A DNA stretch of 64,000 nucleotides, taken from positions 480,001 to 544,000 of the forward strand of contig CAWFOU010000007.1 of the NCBI GenBank assembly GCA_963817525.1, given 5' to 3'. The stretch is from an uncultured archaeon (GTDB taxonomy: Archaea; Thermoproteota; Nitrososphaeria; Nitrososphaerales; Gagatemarchaeaceae). The notes beneath the pieces were generated by a model, which saw only the letters and a list, made by a program, of their open reading frames with translations, ran no database searches and was not told the origin of the DNA. The position numbers and the translations under genes are program-made. Position 1 is the stretch's first letter, and each line of letters opens with the position of its first letter. Of the stretch, positions 56,255 to 64,000 are shown one piece after another.

Positions 56255-56647
56255 ATGGTAGTTCGCCAAGGCGTTAGAAAGCTGCTGGTTGAAGTAGCAC
56301 GCAGAAGGGAAACAATTACCTATGGTCAAGTGGGAGCGCTGACAGGACTTCCACATCAGGGCAATGTCTTAGGCAACATTCTAGGTGAGATAAGTGAAGA
56401 CGAGGTCGCCCATGACAGGCCACCGTTGTCTTCGATCGTGGTCGTCGGAGGCACGATTGGATACGCAAGCTCCCCAATGGGACTACCCGCAGAGCGCTTC
56501 CTCCGTTGCAAATTCGTTCCGACTGACTTGAATGACAAAGAGCAAATGTTGAGTTATATGCGAGAGATGCAGGAGAAGACTTGGGCCTATTGGGCCGGTT
56601 TGCCGCAGGACGAACAAACACGCCGCGTTCTAATCAAGCTCGGTTGA
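56255..56647 (+). CDS. winged-helix domain protein
   Basis: ITYGQVG..TGL...LG.IS.DE...RPPLSSIVV. Confidence 0.65.
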   Translation: MVVRQGVRKLLVEVARRRETITYGQVGALTGLPHQGNVLGNILGEISEDEVAHDRPPLSSIVVVGGTIGYASSPMGLPAERFLRCKFVPTDLNDKEQMLSYMREMQEKTWAYWAGLPQDEQTRRVLIKLG

Positions 56648-56817
56648 CCAGGAGTTAGCGGCAGGGCTGAACCGGTCGCCCTAAGGCTTCCAGCGTACAC
56701 CCAACTCCTTCAACGCGATCTTCTATCGCCGCCCTCCTCGGCCCCCATCTCCCGGTAATGGGAAGGATGGAAAAGGCGCTCGAAGTCAAGATGCGGCTCC
56801 TTGTGAGGCTAAAGAGC

Positions 56818-58110
56818 TCATCCGTGGGACGCCCCTGGCCTGACGTACCGCAGGGACCTCATGTCCTTCGAGAGTATGAAGAGGAGTCCCGAGACCAGCA
56901 GGCCAGCGGCCGCCACCGAGTACTCGAACCGCACGCCCGAGGCCTGGATGAGGAACGCGCCCACCACCTGCCCGACTGGTATCACGCCCAGGCTCCCGAG
57001 TTGGTCGACCCCGAAGTACCGCCCCTGCATCTCTCCCGGCACGGCGAGCTGGACGAAGCTCAGCCAGGTCGCGTTGCCGTAGCCCAGGATGAACCCCGTC
57101 AGCAGCATGGAGGCCGCGGCCACGGCTAGGTCAGGGGAGAGGGCGAGAAGGAGGACCGACGGCGCGAGCCCCAGCATGCAGAGGCACCACACCCACCCGG
57201 CGCGGGCGACCGCGCGCGTCCGGCCGACTATGATGGCCCCGGGCGCGAAGCCGAGGGTGAAGAGGGCGAGGAGGAGGCCGTAGACCTCGGCGCCCCCTTG
57301 GAAGACGTCCGCGGCGTAGACCACGACGAAGGTCGAGACCATAGTGATGAAGAGGTTCGAGAGCCCGCCCGAGAGCGTGAGGTAGAGCAGCCCCCTCCAC
57401 CTCAGGAGGTAACTGACCCCCTCCCTGGTGTCGGCGAGGAAGCTTCTGCCGACCGCGGCGCTGGCCTGGGGTTTTGAGCTCCCGCGGACGGCGATCGAGG
57501 TGATCAGTAGGGCCGAGACCGCGAAGGTAGCTGTGTTTAGGCCCAGGGCTACGACCACCCCCGCAATGGCCACAAGGGCTCCCCCGACCCCATTCGCCAC
57601 GGCCTGGAAGACGGAGTTCGCGGTAAGGATGAGCCCGTTCGCATCCGCGACCTCCTCTGGCCTGATGAGGGTCGGCAGGAGAGACCTCTGGGCGGGATAG
57701 AACAAAGCGGTGAAGGTCCCGAGGACGAAGGAGACCGCGAGGACGAGAGGGAGGCTGAACCCCGCAAGGTAGAGCTCGAGCGCCAGGACCGCTATGCTGG
57801 CCGCCCGGAAGGCGTCGGAGTATATCATCATCCGGCGTCTGTGGCGCTGGTCGCCCCTGTCGACGAGCGTCCCCGCGAAGAGGCTGAAGGCTATGACCGC
57901 CACCATGTTCGACAGCGCCACGTAGGCGACGTCCGCCGCGGAGCCGGTCCTACTGAAGACCAGCCAGGTCAGGGCGACGGTCCCCAGGGACTGCCCGCCG
58001 ATGGAAGTGGCGTCCGCGGAGAAGAGCCTGACGAAGCTCCGATTCCGGAAGAGCCCCTGTTGGCTCGCGTCAGCGCGGGGAGTGTCCTTTTCCTCCGTCG
58101 GCTCAGCCAT
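56818..58110 (-). CDS. MFS transporter (MFS_3/DHA3-like)
   Basis: FRNRSFVRLF, AGTLVDR...RRRMMI.SD, VPGEMQGR. Confidence 0.9.
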   Translation of the reverse strand: MAEPTEEKDTPRADASQQGLFRNRSFVRLFSADATSIGGQSLGTVALTWLVFSRTGSAADVAYVALSNMVAVIAFSLFAGTLVDRGDQRHRRRMMIYSDAFRAASIAVLALELYLAGFSLPLVLAVSFVLGTFTALFYPAQRSLLPTLIRPEEVADANGLILTANSVFQAVANGVGGALVAIAGVVVALGLNTATFAVSALLITSIAVRGSSKPQASAAVGRSFLADTREGVSYLLRWRGLLYLTLSGGLSNLFITMVSTFVVVYAADVFQGGAEVYGLLLALFTLGFAPGAIIVGRTRAVARAGWVWCLCMLGLAPSVLLLALSPDLAVAAASMLLTGFILGYGNATWLSFVQLAVPGEMQGRYFGVDQLGSLGVIPVGQVVGAFLIQASGVRFEYSVAAAGLLVSGLLFILSKDMRSLRYVRPGASHG

Positions 58111-58172
58111 GGTTCCCTGACCTTGCGCGCTAGCTCGCATATTAAGCCGGTCTGTAGGAAATACCTCTCGCA

Positions 58173-58877
58173 ATGACGGACTCTTCGAACCTGCCAGTCG
58201 GTCCAACCACGGACCCGAGCCCCGCGAAGCGCCCTGAGAAGGTCGTCCTCCATGGCCGGCTAATCGACTTGGAGCCGATAGACCCGCAGCCCCACGGAGA
58301 TTCCCTCTTCCAACTCACGTGTGGTAAGGACAAGGAGTACCTGTGGACGTATCTTTTGAAAGGCCCGTTCACCGACCGCAAGGAGTTTGATGCATATCTG
58401 CGGCAGCTGGCCAGGTCCGAGGATCCCATCTGCTTCGCAATCGTGGAAAAGCGTTCGGGAAAGGCGGTCGGCTGGGCGAGCTACATGCGGATCGAGCCGG
58501 CGCACAGGGTTATCGAGGTAGGCAACGTCATGTTCTCCCTCGCGGTGAGGCGCACGAGCGGGGCGACGGAGGCCATCTACCTCATGGCGCGCAACGCCTT
58601 CGAGGTGCTGGGGTACAGGAGGTTCGAGTGGAAATGTAACGCGCTCAACGCCGCCTCAAGGAGGGCCGCCCTGCGGTTCGGCTTTTCCTTCGAGGGGATT
58701 TTCCGGCAGCACATGATCGTCAAAGGTCGCAGCAGGGACACCGCATGGTTTGCGATGATTGACGCTGAGTGGCCGAAGCGCAAGGAGGCGTTCGAGACTT
58801 GGCTTCAGCCGTCTAACTTTGACGAAGAGGGTCGCCAAACGACATCTCTGTCGGCTCTGAACGGAGTCGGCCGATAG
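58173..58877 (+). CDS. RimJ/RimL-type GNAT acetyltransferase
   Basis: IEVGNV, LGYRRFEWKCNALN..SRRAA.RFGF.FEG.FRQ...KGRSRDTAW. Confidence 0.9.
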   Translation: MTDSSNLPVGPTTDPSPAKRPEKVVLHGRLIDLEPIDPQPHGDSLFQLTCGKDKEYLWTYLLKGPFTDRKEFDAYLRQLARSEDPICFAIVEKRSGKAVGWASYMRIEPAHRVIEVGNVMFSLAVRRTSGATEAIYLMARNAFEVLGYRRFEWKCNALNAASRRAALRFGFSFEGIFRQHMIVKGRSRDTAWFAMIDAEWPKRKEAFETWLQPSNFDEEGRQTTSLSALNGVGR

Positions 58878-59203
58878 CAGCGAAGAACAAAAATAGCTTG
58901 TTTCGACACATCGCCAGCGAGCGGCGACAAGAAAAATTGTGCAAGAGCTGCGCCACTGCCTTTGGTCCGTGCAAATGCAATTGCCAGATGAACAACACCT
59001 ACAAAGACAAAGGAGGCGCTACCAAATGTCTCCACTGCAGGCACAAACTCAAGATATGACCAGTCTTTGCGCGAACTGATTTGCTGCGCTTAATGGTCCA
59101 TCGCACCTCCTCCGGGGCAATTCTCACTCACAACTTTCTTCACAACAAAAGCAATGAATCTTGACGGCGTACCTTACGACGCCCGCTCCCCGTCTGAAAG
59201 AAC

Positions 59204-60418
59204 TTGGACACCAGGCGGTGGATGCTCAGCCTCGTCCCGCAGGGGGTCGCGGTCGGCCTTTCGAACCTGCTGATCGTCCTCTTCCTGGCGACGAGCCTCA
59301 AGGGCAACGTGCTCGAGGTCGGCCTCCTCGCCGGCGTGACGTCCCTGGTCCTCATGCCCTCGATGATGTTCTGGGGATGGGCGACCGACAGGGTCGGAAG
59401 GTTCAGGCCCTTCCTCATCCTCTCTTTCGTCGCCACCGGCATCGTCCTCCTCCTCATCCCGACGGTGCACAGCATCGCCGAGCTCTTCATCCTCGCCATC
59501 GTGAAATCCGCGGCGTATGCGGGGAGCCTGCCGTCGCGTCAGATACTGATGGCCGAGTCGGAGAGCCACACGACCTGGCGGAGCGGGTATGCCCGCCTCC
59601 AATTCGTGGAGAGCACGGGCGAGACCATCGGGCTTGGCATAGGGTTCGTGTCGAGCGCGGCCCTGGGGTTTGAGACGCAGTTCGTCCTGTGCGCAGCGCT
59701 CTTCTTCGCCTCCGCGTTGGCCACGGCTGTCTGGGTCCGCGACCCGGGCCTTATCATCGAGAGAAGGCTGGTAGGCATCGAACGCTTCGCCAGCACGCTC
59801 GTCAGCGCCTCGGTTCTGGTGGCGAACGCCGACACCTACGCCAGGTACACCACTCCCGGCAGCATCAGGAGGATCTTCAGACCGACTCTGGGGTTCTTCA
59901 TGGTCGGGGTGTTCTGCTTCTCGCTGGGCGCTACCGCCCTGTCCTCGCCCCTCCCCGTCTACTTCCTCAGATACTACTCCGCCTCGAGCGTCTTTCTTCT
60001 CTTCTTCGCCAACGATCTTGGGAACGCCTTGGGGTACCTCATGGTAGGAGGGATCGCCGAGAGGGCGAGGCGGAGCCTGCTTCTGGCCGCGGGGCTGAGG
60101 ATGCTCATGGTACCCGCCCTCCTCTTGGCGGGCGGTCAGGTCGGATTCACGGCAGACTTCGGCGTGCTCGCCATAATGGGAGGCGTCTGGGCGCTCTACG
60201 ACGTCGCAAGCACGTGCATGTTCTTGGAGCTAGCCAGGTCAGGGCGGGTCGGGCTCTACGGCGCTATTGCAGGCCTCGGGACGGCGACCGGGAGTCTCTT
60301 GGGAGGAGCCATCTCGATGAGTTACGGATTCGGGGTCACATTTGCGGTCTGCAGCCTGGTGTACGCGGTCGCTATGGCCATGTTTCTCTTGCAGTTCAAA
60401 GGGACAAGACGCGTCTGA
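59204..60418 (+). CDS. MFS transporter
   Basis: WGWATDRVGRFRPF; about 12 TM segments. Confidence 0.85.
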   Translation: MDTRRWMLSLVPQGVAVGLSNLLIVLFLATSLKGNVLEVGLLAGVTSLVLMPSMMFWGWATDRVGRFRPFLILSFVATGIVLLLIPTVHSIAELFILAIVKSAAYAGSLPSRQILMAESESHTTWRSGYARLQFVESTGETIGLGIGFVSSAALGFETQFVLCAALFFASALATAVWVRDPGLIIERRLVGIERFASTLVSASVLVANADTYARYTTPGSIRRIFRPTLGFFMVGVFCFSLGATALSSPLPVYFLRYYSASSVFLLFFANDLGNALGYLMVGGIAERARRSLLLAAGLRMLMVPALLLAGGQVGFTADFGVLAIMGGVWALYDVASTCMFLELARSGRVGLYGAIAGLGTATGSLLGGAISMSYGFGVTFAVCSLVYAVAMAMFLLQFKGTRRV

Positions 60419-60524
60419 CATCTGGGTCATGCGCTCAAGAGAAAGGCCCACCCGTGGTTCAAATGAAAGGCTCGTCGCCATGCGTAAGGGTTCGTTGCGC
60501 CCGCGTGGCATTTCATCCGCACGT

Positions 60525-61309
60525 CTAGCCATGGGTGGCGGACGGGACTTGCATCAATCGCTCGAGGGGTCGGTGCTCCGGGTCTCCTCGCTCGAGCACT
60601 GATTTCTTCCAGTGGAGCACAGCAGCCTCCCCCAGGACGGGTCGTCGGCCGTCCCACAACAGCCTGCCGCCTACCAATGCGGCGTCCTGGTCTGCGAGCA
60701 CGGCGGCTTTCGGGACCCTCTCGAGTTGATCGGCATTGCCTCCGCCAAGGACTACGTAGTCGACCCCGGAGAATGCCTTGAGCCTCTTCATCGCTTCGTG
60801 TACGTGCCGCTCCCAAGCCGCTCGCCCCAGCTGCCGCAGGCTTTTCTTAGCAAGGTAGTCGCCATATCCGCTCCCCCCGAGGTATTCGAGTTGATCCAGA
60901 GTGAGCAACGCCATGATGCCATCGATGATCAGCACTGCGCCGACGCCGGTGCCTAGGCCGATGTAGAGCATCCTGCCGCCTTTGTAGCTCCCGAGCGCCG
61001 GAAGGGCTGCGTCGTTCACTATGTTGACCGGCAGGGCGAAAGCCCGTGGAAAGTCAAAGCGAATCCAGCCCCGGGCAAGGTTGGGAGGCTCCCCTATCAC
61101 ACGGCCGAAGACTACAGGCCCCGGGTAGCCGAGGGAGATCACGTCGTATTCCCAGTCGGCCGTGGCCCTTTTCACCTGGGATACCGTCGCGCTCGCGGTG
61201 AGGCCTGGACCGCTGGGGAATCTCCTCCACTCCCGCTCGCACTGACCAGCATCTTCACGTTGGTGCCCCCCACGTCGACGACGAGAACCCTGACTTGCGA
61301 GCGCGCCAT
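60525..61309 (-). pseudogene. ROK-family polyphosphate glucokinase-like, frameshift near 61235
   Basis: VLVVDVGGTNVK in one frame; FPSGPGLT...GYPGPV, VNDAA..ALGSY, GLGTGVG, VLGGGN in the next. Confidence 0.75.
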
Positions 61310-61423
61310 GGGGTCGGTAAAGGACCGTCCTGGATGCATTGGAGCCCTCAAGCCCTTCCGCTGGTACTTGTGATGAAGGCAGATATTGATGAGCGTACTT
61401 AGTTCTGGCCTGCCGAACCCGCC

Positions 61424-62089
61424 ATGAACGACCCGAAGACCAAGATCTCTGCCCTCGCCGTTGATTTCGACGGTACCATCCGCTCCCCAGGAGGCTCGGT
61501 CTCTAACGACCTGCTCGCCCAGCTGGCCTCCCTGCGCAGGAGTGGCATCAAGGTCATCCTGGCGACTGGGCGCGCCCTTTTCGACCTGAAGGCGCTGGTC
61601 GATGTGGGCGTCTTCGACTCGGTCGTCGTCGAAAATGGGGCCATCGTGATTGTAGGTGACGAGCGAAGGAGCCTGGCGCCGACGGAGTGGAATGCCCAGA
61701 GGGAGAGCTTGCTTGGGCTCTTCGGCTCCACCGGGCATGAGGAGGTCATCGTTTCCTTGAGGAGGGAGGCAGAAGCGCAGGTGAGGGAGCTCCTGAAAGG
61801 CACCGTCAGGATAGAGCTCAACAAGGAAGCCATGATGCTTGTGCCGTGGAACGTCTCAAAGGCCTCGGGCCTTTTGTCCGCGCTCGACTGGCTGAAGGTG
61901 GATGCCAAGAGCGTGATGGTCGTGGGCGACGCGGAGAATGACGTCTCGATGCTGCGGCTGGGAGCCGTAAAGGTGGCGGTCAAGAACGCGGTGCCTGCCC
62001 TCAAGAGCGAGGCTGACTATGTGACCACTGAGGAGGACGGCAAGGGGGTCTCCGAGGCGATTGCGAAGTTCCTCGGTCCCATGACCTAG
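61424..62089 (+). CDS. HAD-superfamily (Cof-type) phosphatase
   Basis: DFDGT, ATGR, ENGA, VSKASG, GDAEND. Confidence 0.9.
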   Translation: MNDPKTKISALAVDFDGTIRSPGGSVSNDLLAQLASLRRSGIKVILATGRALFDLKALVDVGVFDSVVVENGAIVIVGDERRSLAPTEWNAQRESLLGLFGSTGHEEVIVSLRREAEAQVRELLKGTVRIELNKEAMMLVPWNVSKASGLLSALDWLKVDAKSVMVVGDAENDVSMLRLGAVKVAVKNAVPALKSEADYVTTEEDGKGVSEAIAKFLGPMT

Positions 62090-62166
62090 GCGCAACTCCC
62101 GAGTGGAACTCTATGGGACGAGAAAGACTCGGAGGCGATAGAGGAGGAAGTCAAGCAGAAGCGCTC

Positions 62167-62277
62167 TTGAGGTACGAAGTAAGGCTCTCGAAAAAAGCTG
62201 ATCGAGAACTTGCCTCGCTCGAGCAGTCAACTAGGTCGAGGATGGCGATATTAGAGGAACTACTCAGGAGGTTATGA
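62167..62277 (+). pseudogene. truncated RelE/ParE toxin remnant
   Basis: LRYEVRLSKKADRELASLEQSTRSRM, stop after 36 aa; TTGA overlap with an upstream fragment. Confidence 0.5.
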
Positions 62278-62482
62278 CTTGGGCTTTGCCCTTGGCCATC
62301 GCCTGGACCATCATTGGCACCACCTTGCTGGCGTTGAGGACCTCGAAGAAGAGAGGCCTCCCCTTTGAGTCCACGTGCATGACCACGTCTCCGACCTCCC
62401 ATGCATGAGATAGCTTCCCCTTGTCCTTCAGAAGCACCAGCAGGACGTCGGCGTCTGAATCGTACTTCAGCTTATAGGTCAT
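62264..62482 (-). CDS. DUF2283 family protein (putative antitoxin)
   Basis: YDSDADVL.V...D..G.P...EVLNAS. Confidence 0.85.
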   Translation of the reverse strand: MTYKLKYDSDADVLLVLLKDKGKLSHAWEVGDVVMHVDSKGRPLFFEVLNASKVVPMMVQAMAKGKAQVITS

Positions 62483-62630
62483 TGTCTTTTCTCTTCACGG
62501 GATAGAAGGTTATCACAACTATATGCCTTTGCGCTCTTCGTGAACCACCCGGAGCGCGAACTTTCCAGCGCTATTTCATGTTCTTGATGGTGGCTAGGTC
62601 CTCGTTGAACGACCGCTCGAGCATCTGCTT
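62479..62630 (-). pseudogene. degenerate DUF4258-like toxin remnant
   Basis: Broken frames LRVVHEE and HIVVITFYP just upstream of and overlapping DUF2283. Confidence 0.4.
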
Positions 62631-62642
62631 CCGAAAAGACCT

Positions 62643-63011
62643 TCATGGAGGGGCCTTTGGGATGAACTTGAGAGATATGGAGTTGGCACAGTGCCTGGTG
62701 TTCTTCGTTGTGAGCCCCTCTCCCAGGAAGACGTGGCCAAGATGTGCGCCGCAATTCGCGCACTCGATCTCCGTCCTCTGTCCGTCCGCGTCTGGGATCC
62801 TCTTGACCGAGCCCGGTATCTCGTCGTCGAAGGCCGGCCAACCGCACCTCGCGTCGAACTTGTCTTCAGAGCGGTAGAGGGGCGCCTCGCACCTCCTGCA
62901 GACGTACGTCCCGGGCTTGAAGTTGCGCTCGTACTCGCCGGAGAAGGGCCTCTCGGTTCCTTTGCGGACTATGACCCTCTCCTCTTCCGGAGACAGCTCG
63001 TTCATCTTCAA
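62643..63011 (-). CDS. msrB: peptide methionine-R-sulfoxide reductase
   Basis: [39 protein letters not shown]. Confidence 0.95.
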   Translation of the reverse strand: MKMNELSPEEERVIVRKGTERPFSGEYERNFKPGTYVCRRCEAPLYRSEDKFDARCGWPAFDDEIPGSVKRIPDADGQRTEIECANCGAHLGHVFLGEGLTTKNTRHCANSISLKFIPKAPP

Positions 63012-63089
63012 TTGTCCTCGCCTCGGTGTTTTTCACGGCGGTGTCTATTAAACGCGGCCGGCCGAGCAGAGAAGGCTTCGAGATAGTCC

Positions 63090-63917
63090 TTAGGGTTCGT
63101 CCGTGGGGTCCCAGACCGTGTGCAGGTCCTCGCCGAGGGCGTCGAGCTTGGACATGTCTGCCGGGGAGATCTCAAAGTCGAAGACCTCGCTGTTCTCCTT
63201 AATCCTCTCGGGGTGGGTCGACTTTGGGATGACGACGAGCCCGTGCTGCAGGCCCCACCGGATCATGACCTGGGCCGGGCTCTTGGAGCACTTTTTGGCG
63301 ACGGCGAGGACCACGGGGTGGTCGAGCTTGTGCCCGCGGGTCAGGGGGCTGTAGGCCTCGAGCTGTATCCCCTTGCCTTCGCAGAAGCGTAGCAGCTCCC
63401 TCTGGTAGAGGAAAGGGTTGAACTCGACCTGGTCGACGGCGGGGGTGACGTCCGAGCCGCCCAGCAGCTCCTGGATGTGCCTGACGGTGTAGTTGCTCAC
63501 GCCTATGGCCCGGCACGAGCCCCGCCGCTGGAGCTCCACGAGCGCCTTCCAGGTCTCGGCCCTGAGCTCAGGGACCGGCCAGTGGATCAGGTAGAGGTCG
63601 ATGTAGCCCAACCCGAGCCGGCGCAGGCTCTTGTCGCAGGCGGACAGGGCGGAATCGTAGCCGTGGTCGCTGTTCCAGAGCTTCGTGGTGATGAAGACCT
63701 GCTCGCGTGGCACCCCGCTGTCCCTGACCCCCCTCCCGACGTCCTCCTCGTTCCCGTAGAGGCTCGCCGTGTCGAGGTGCCGGTAGCCCACCTTCAGGGC
63801 GTACTTCACGGCCTCCTGGGTGGCCCTCCCGAGCGGCGTCTGGAACACTCCCAGCCCGAGCACGGGTATCTCCGTGCCCGAGTTGAGCTTCCTAGTGGAC
63901 GTGATTGTTAGAGCCAC
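63090..63917 (-). CDS. aldo/keto reductase
   Basis: GYRHLDTASLYGNE, FITTKLW, DLYLIHWP, IGVSNY, AYSPL, IPKS. Confidence 0.95.
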   Translation of the reverse strand: MALTITSTRKLNSGTEIPVLGLGVFQTPLGRATQEAVKYALKVGYRHLDTASLYGNEEDVGRGVRDSGVPREQVFITTKLWNSDHGYDSALSACDKSLRRLGLGYIDLYLIHWPVPELRAETWKALVELQRRGSCRAIGVSNYTVRHIQELLGGSDVTPAVDQVEFNPFLYQRELLRFCEGKGIQLEAYSPLTRGHKLDHPVVLAVAKKCSKSPAQVMIRWGLQHGLVVIPKSTHPERIKENSEVFDFEISPADMSKLDALGEDLHTVWDPTDEP

Positions 63918-64000
63918 GGCATGTTCGCCAAGCCGGCGGAGTTCTCCCCGACCTTAAACCAATCGAGCCAATTAGCTGCCGATTGATTTGGTAGGTCGCC

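Noticed and set aside
51000-56700. Provirus or integrated mobile element
   Set aside because: No integrase, transposase, terminal repeats or virion genes seen; called only a defence island
60450-60500. tRNA (GGTTCAAAT T-loop-like sequence)
   Set aside because: No T-stem or cloverleaf pairing around it

Overview
High-GC archaeal chromosomal DNA. Inference: a non-ammonia-oxidising Nitrososphaerota/TACK-type lineage, from PriL/PriX, DUF2153, DUF996, AbrB-PhoU, Lrp/AsnC, ACT-V4R, class III signal peptides, and TATA boxes about 25-35 nt before apparently leaderless starts. About 75 mostly stand-alone genes: transporters, GNATs, redox/stress enzymes, surface proteins, helicases. I saw no rRNA, tRNA, CRISPR array, integrase or transposase. 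The standout is a compact three-gene operon at 24161-26413: a divergent Ku, a minimal ATP-dependent DNA ligase and a minimal family X polymerase. This is a candidate archaeal NHEJ system with the eukaryote-like Ku+ligase+PolX composition rather than the Ku+LigD(AEP) type. Also notable: a PriL-N/PriX primase fusion lacking the Fe-S domain; an AT-richer defence island (~51.2-56.65 kb) with a DpnI-like nuclease, SRA-HNH, a PD-(D/E)xK nuclease, a disrupted methyltransferase and a wHTH regulator with a phased operator; a tandem active/inactive zincin; several small proteins missed by the ORF track (metallothionein-like, hyperacidic, Cys/His-rich); and putative structured RNA leaders. Several genes carry single indels, some in homopolymer runs, so some pseudogene calls may be assembly errors. 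All calls come from reading motifs by eye; no searches were run.
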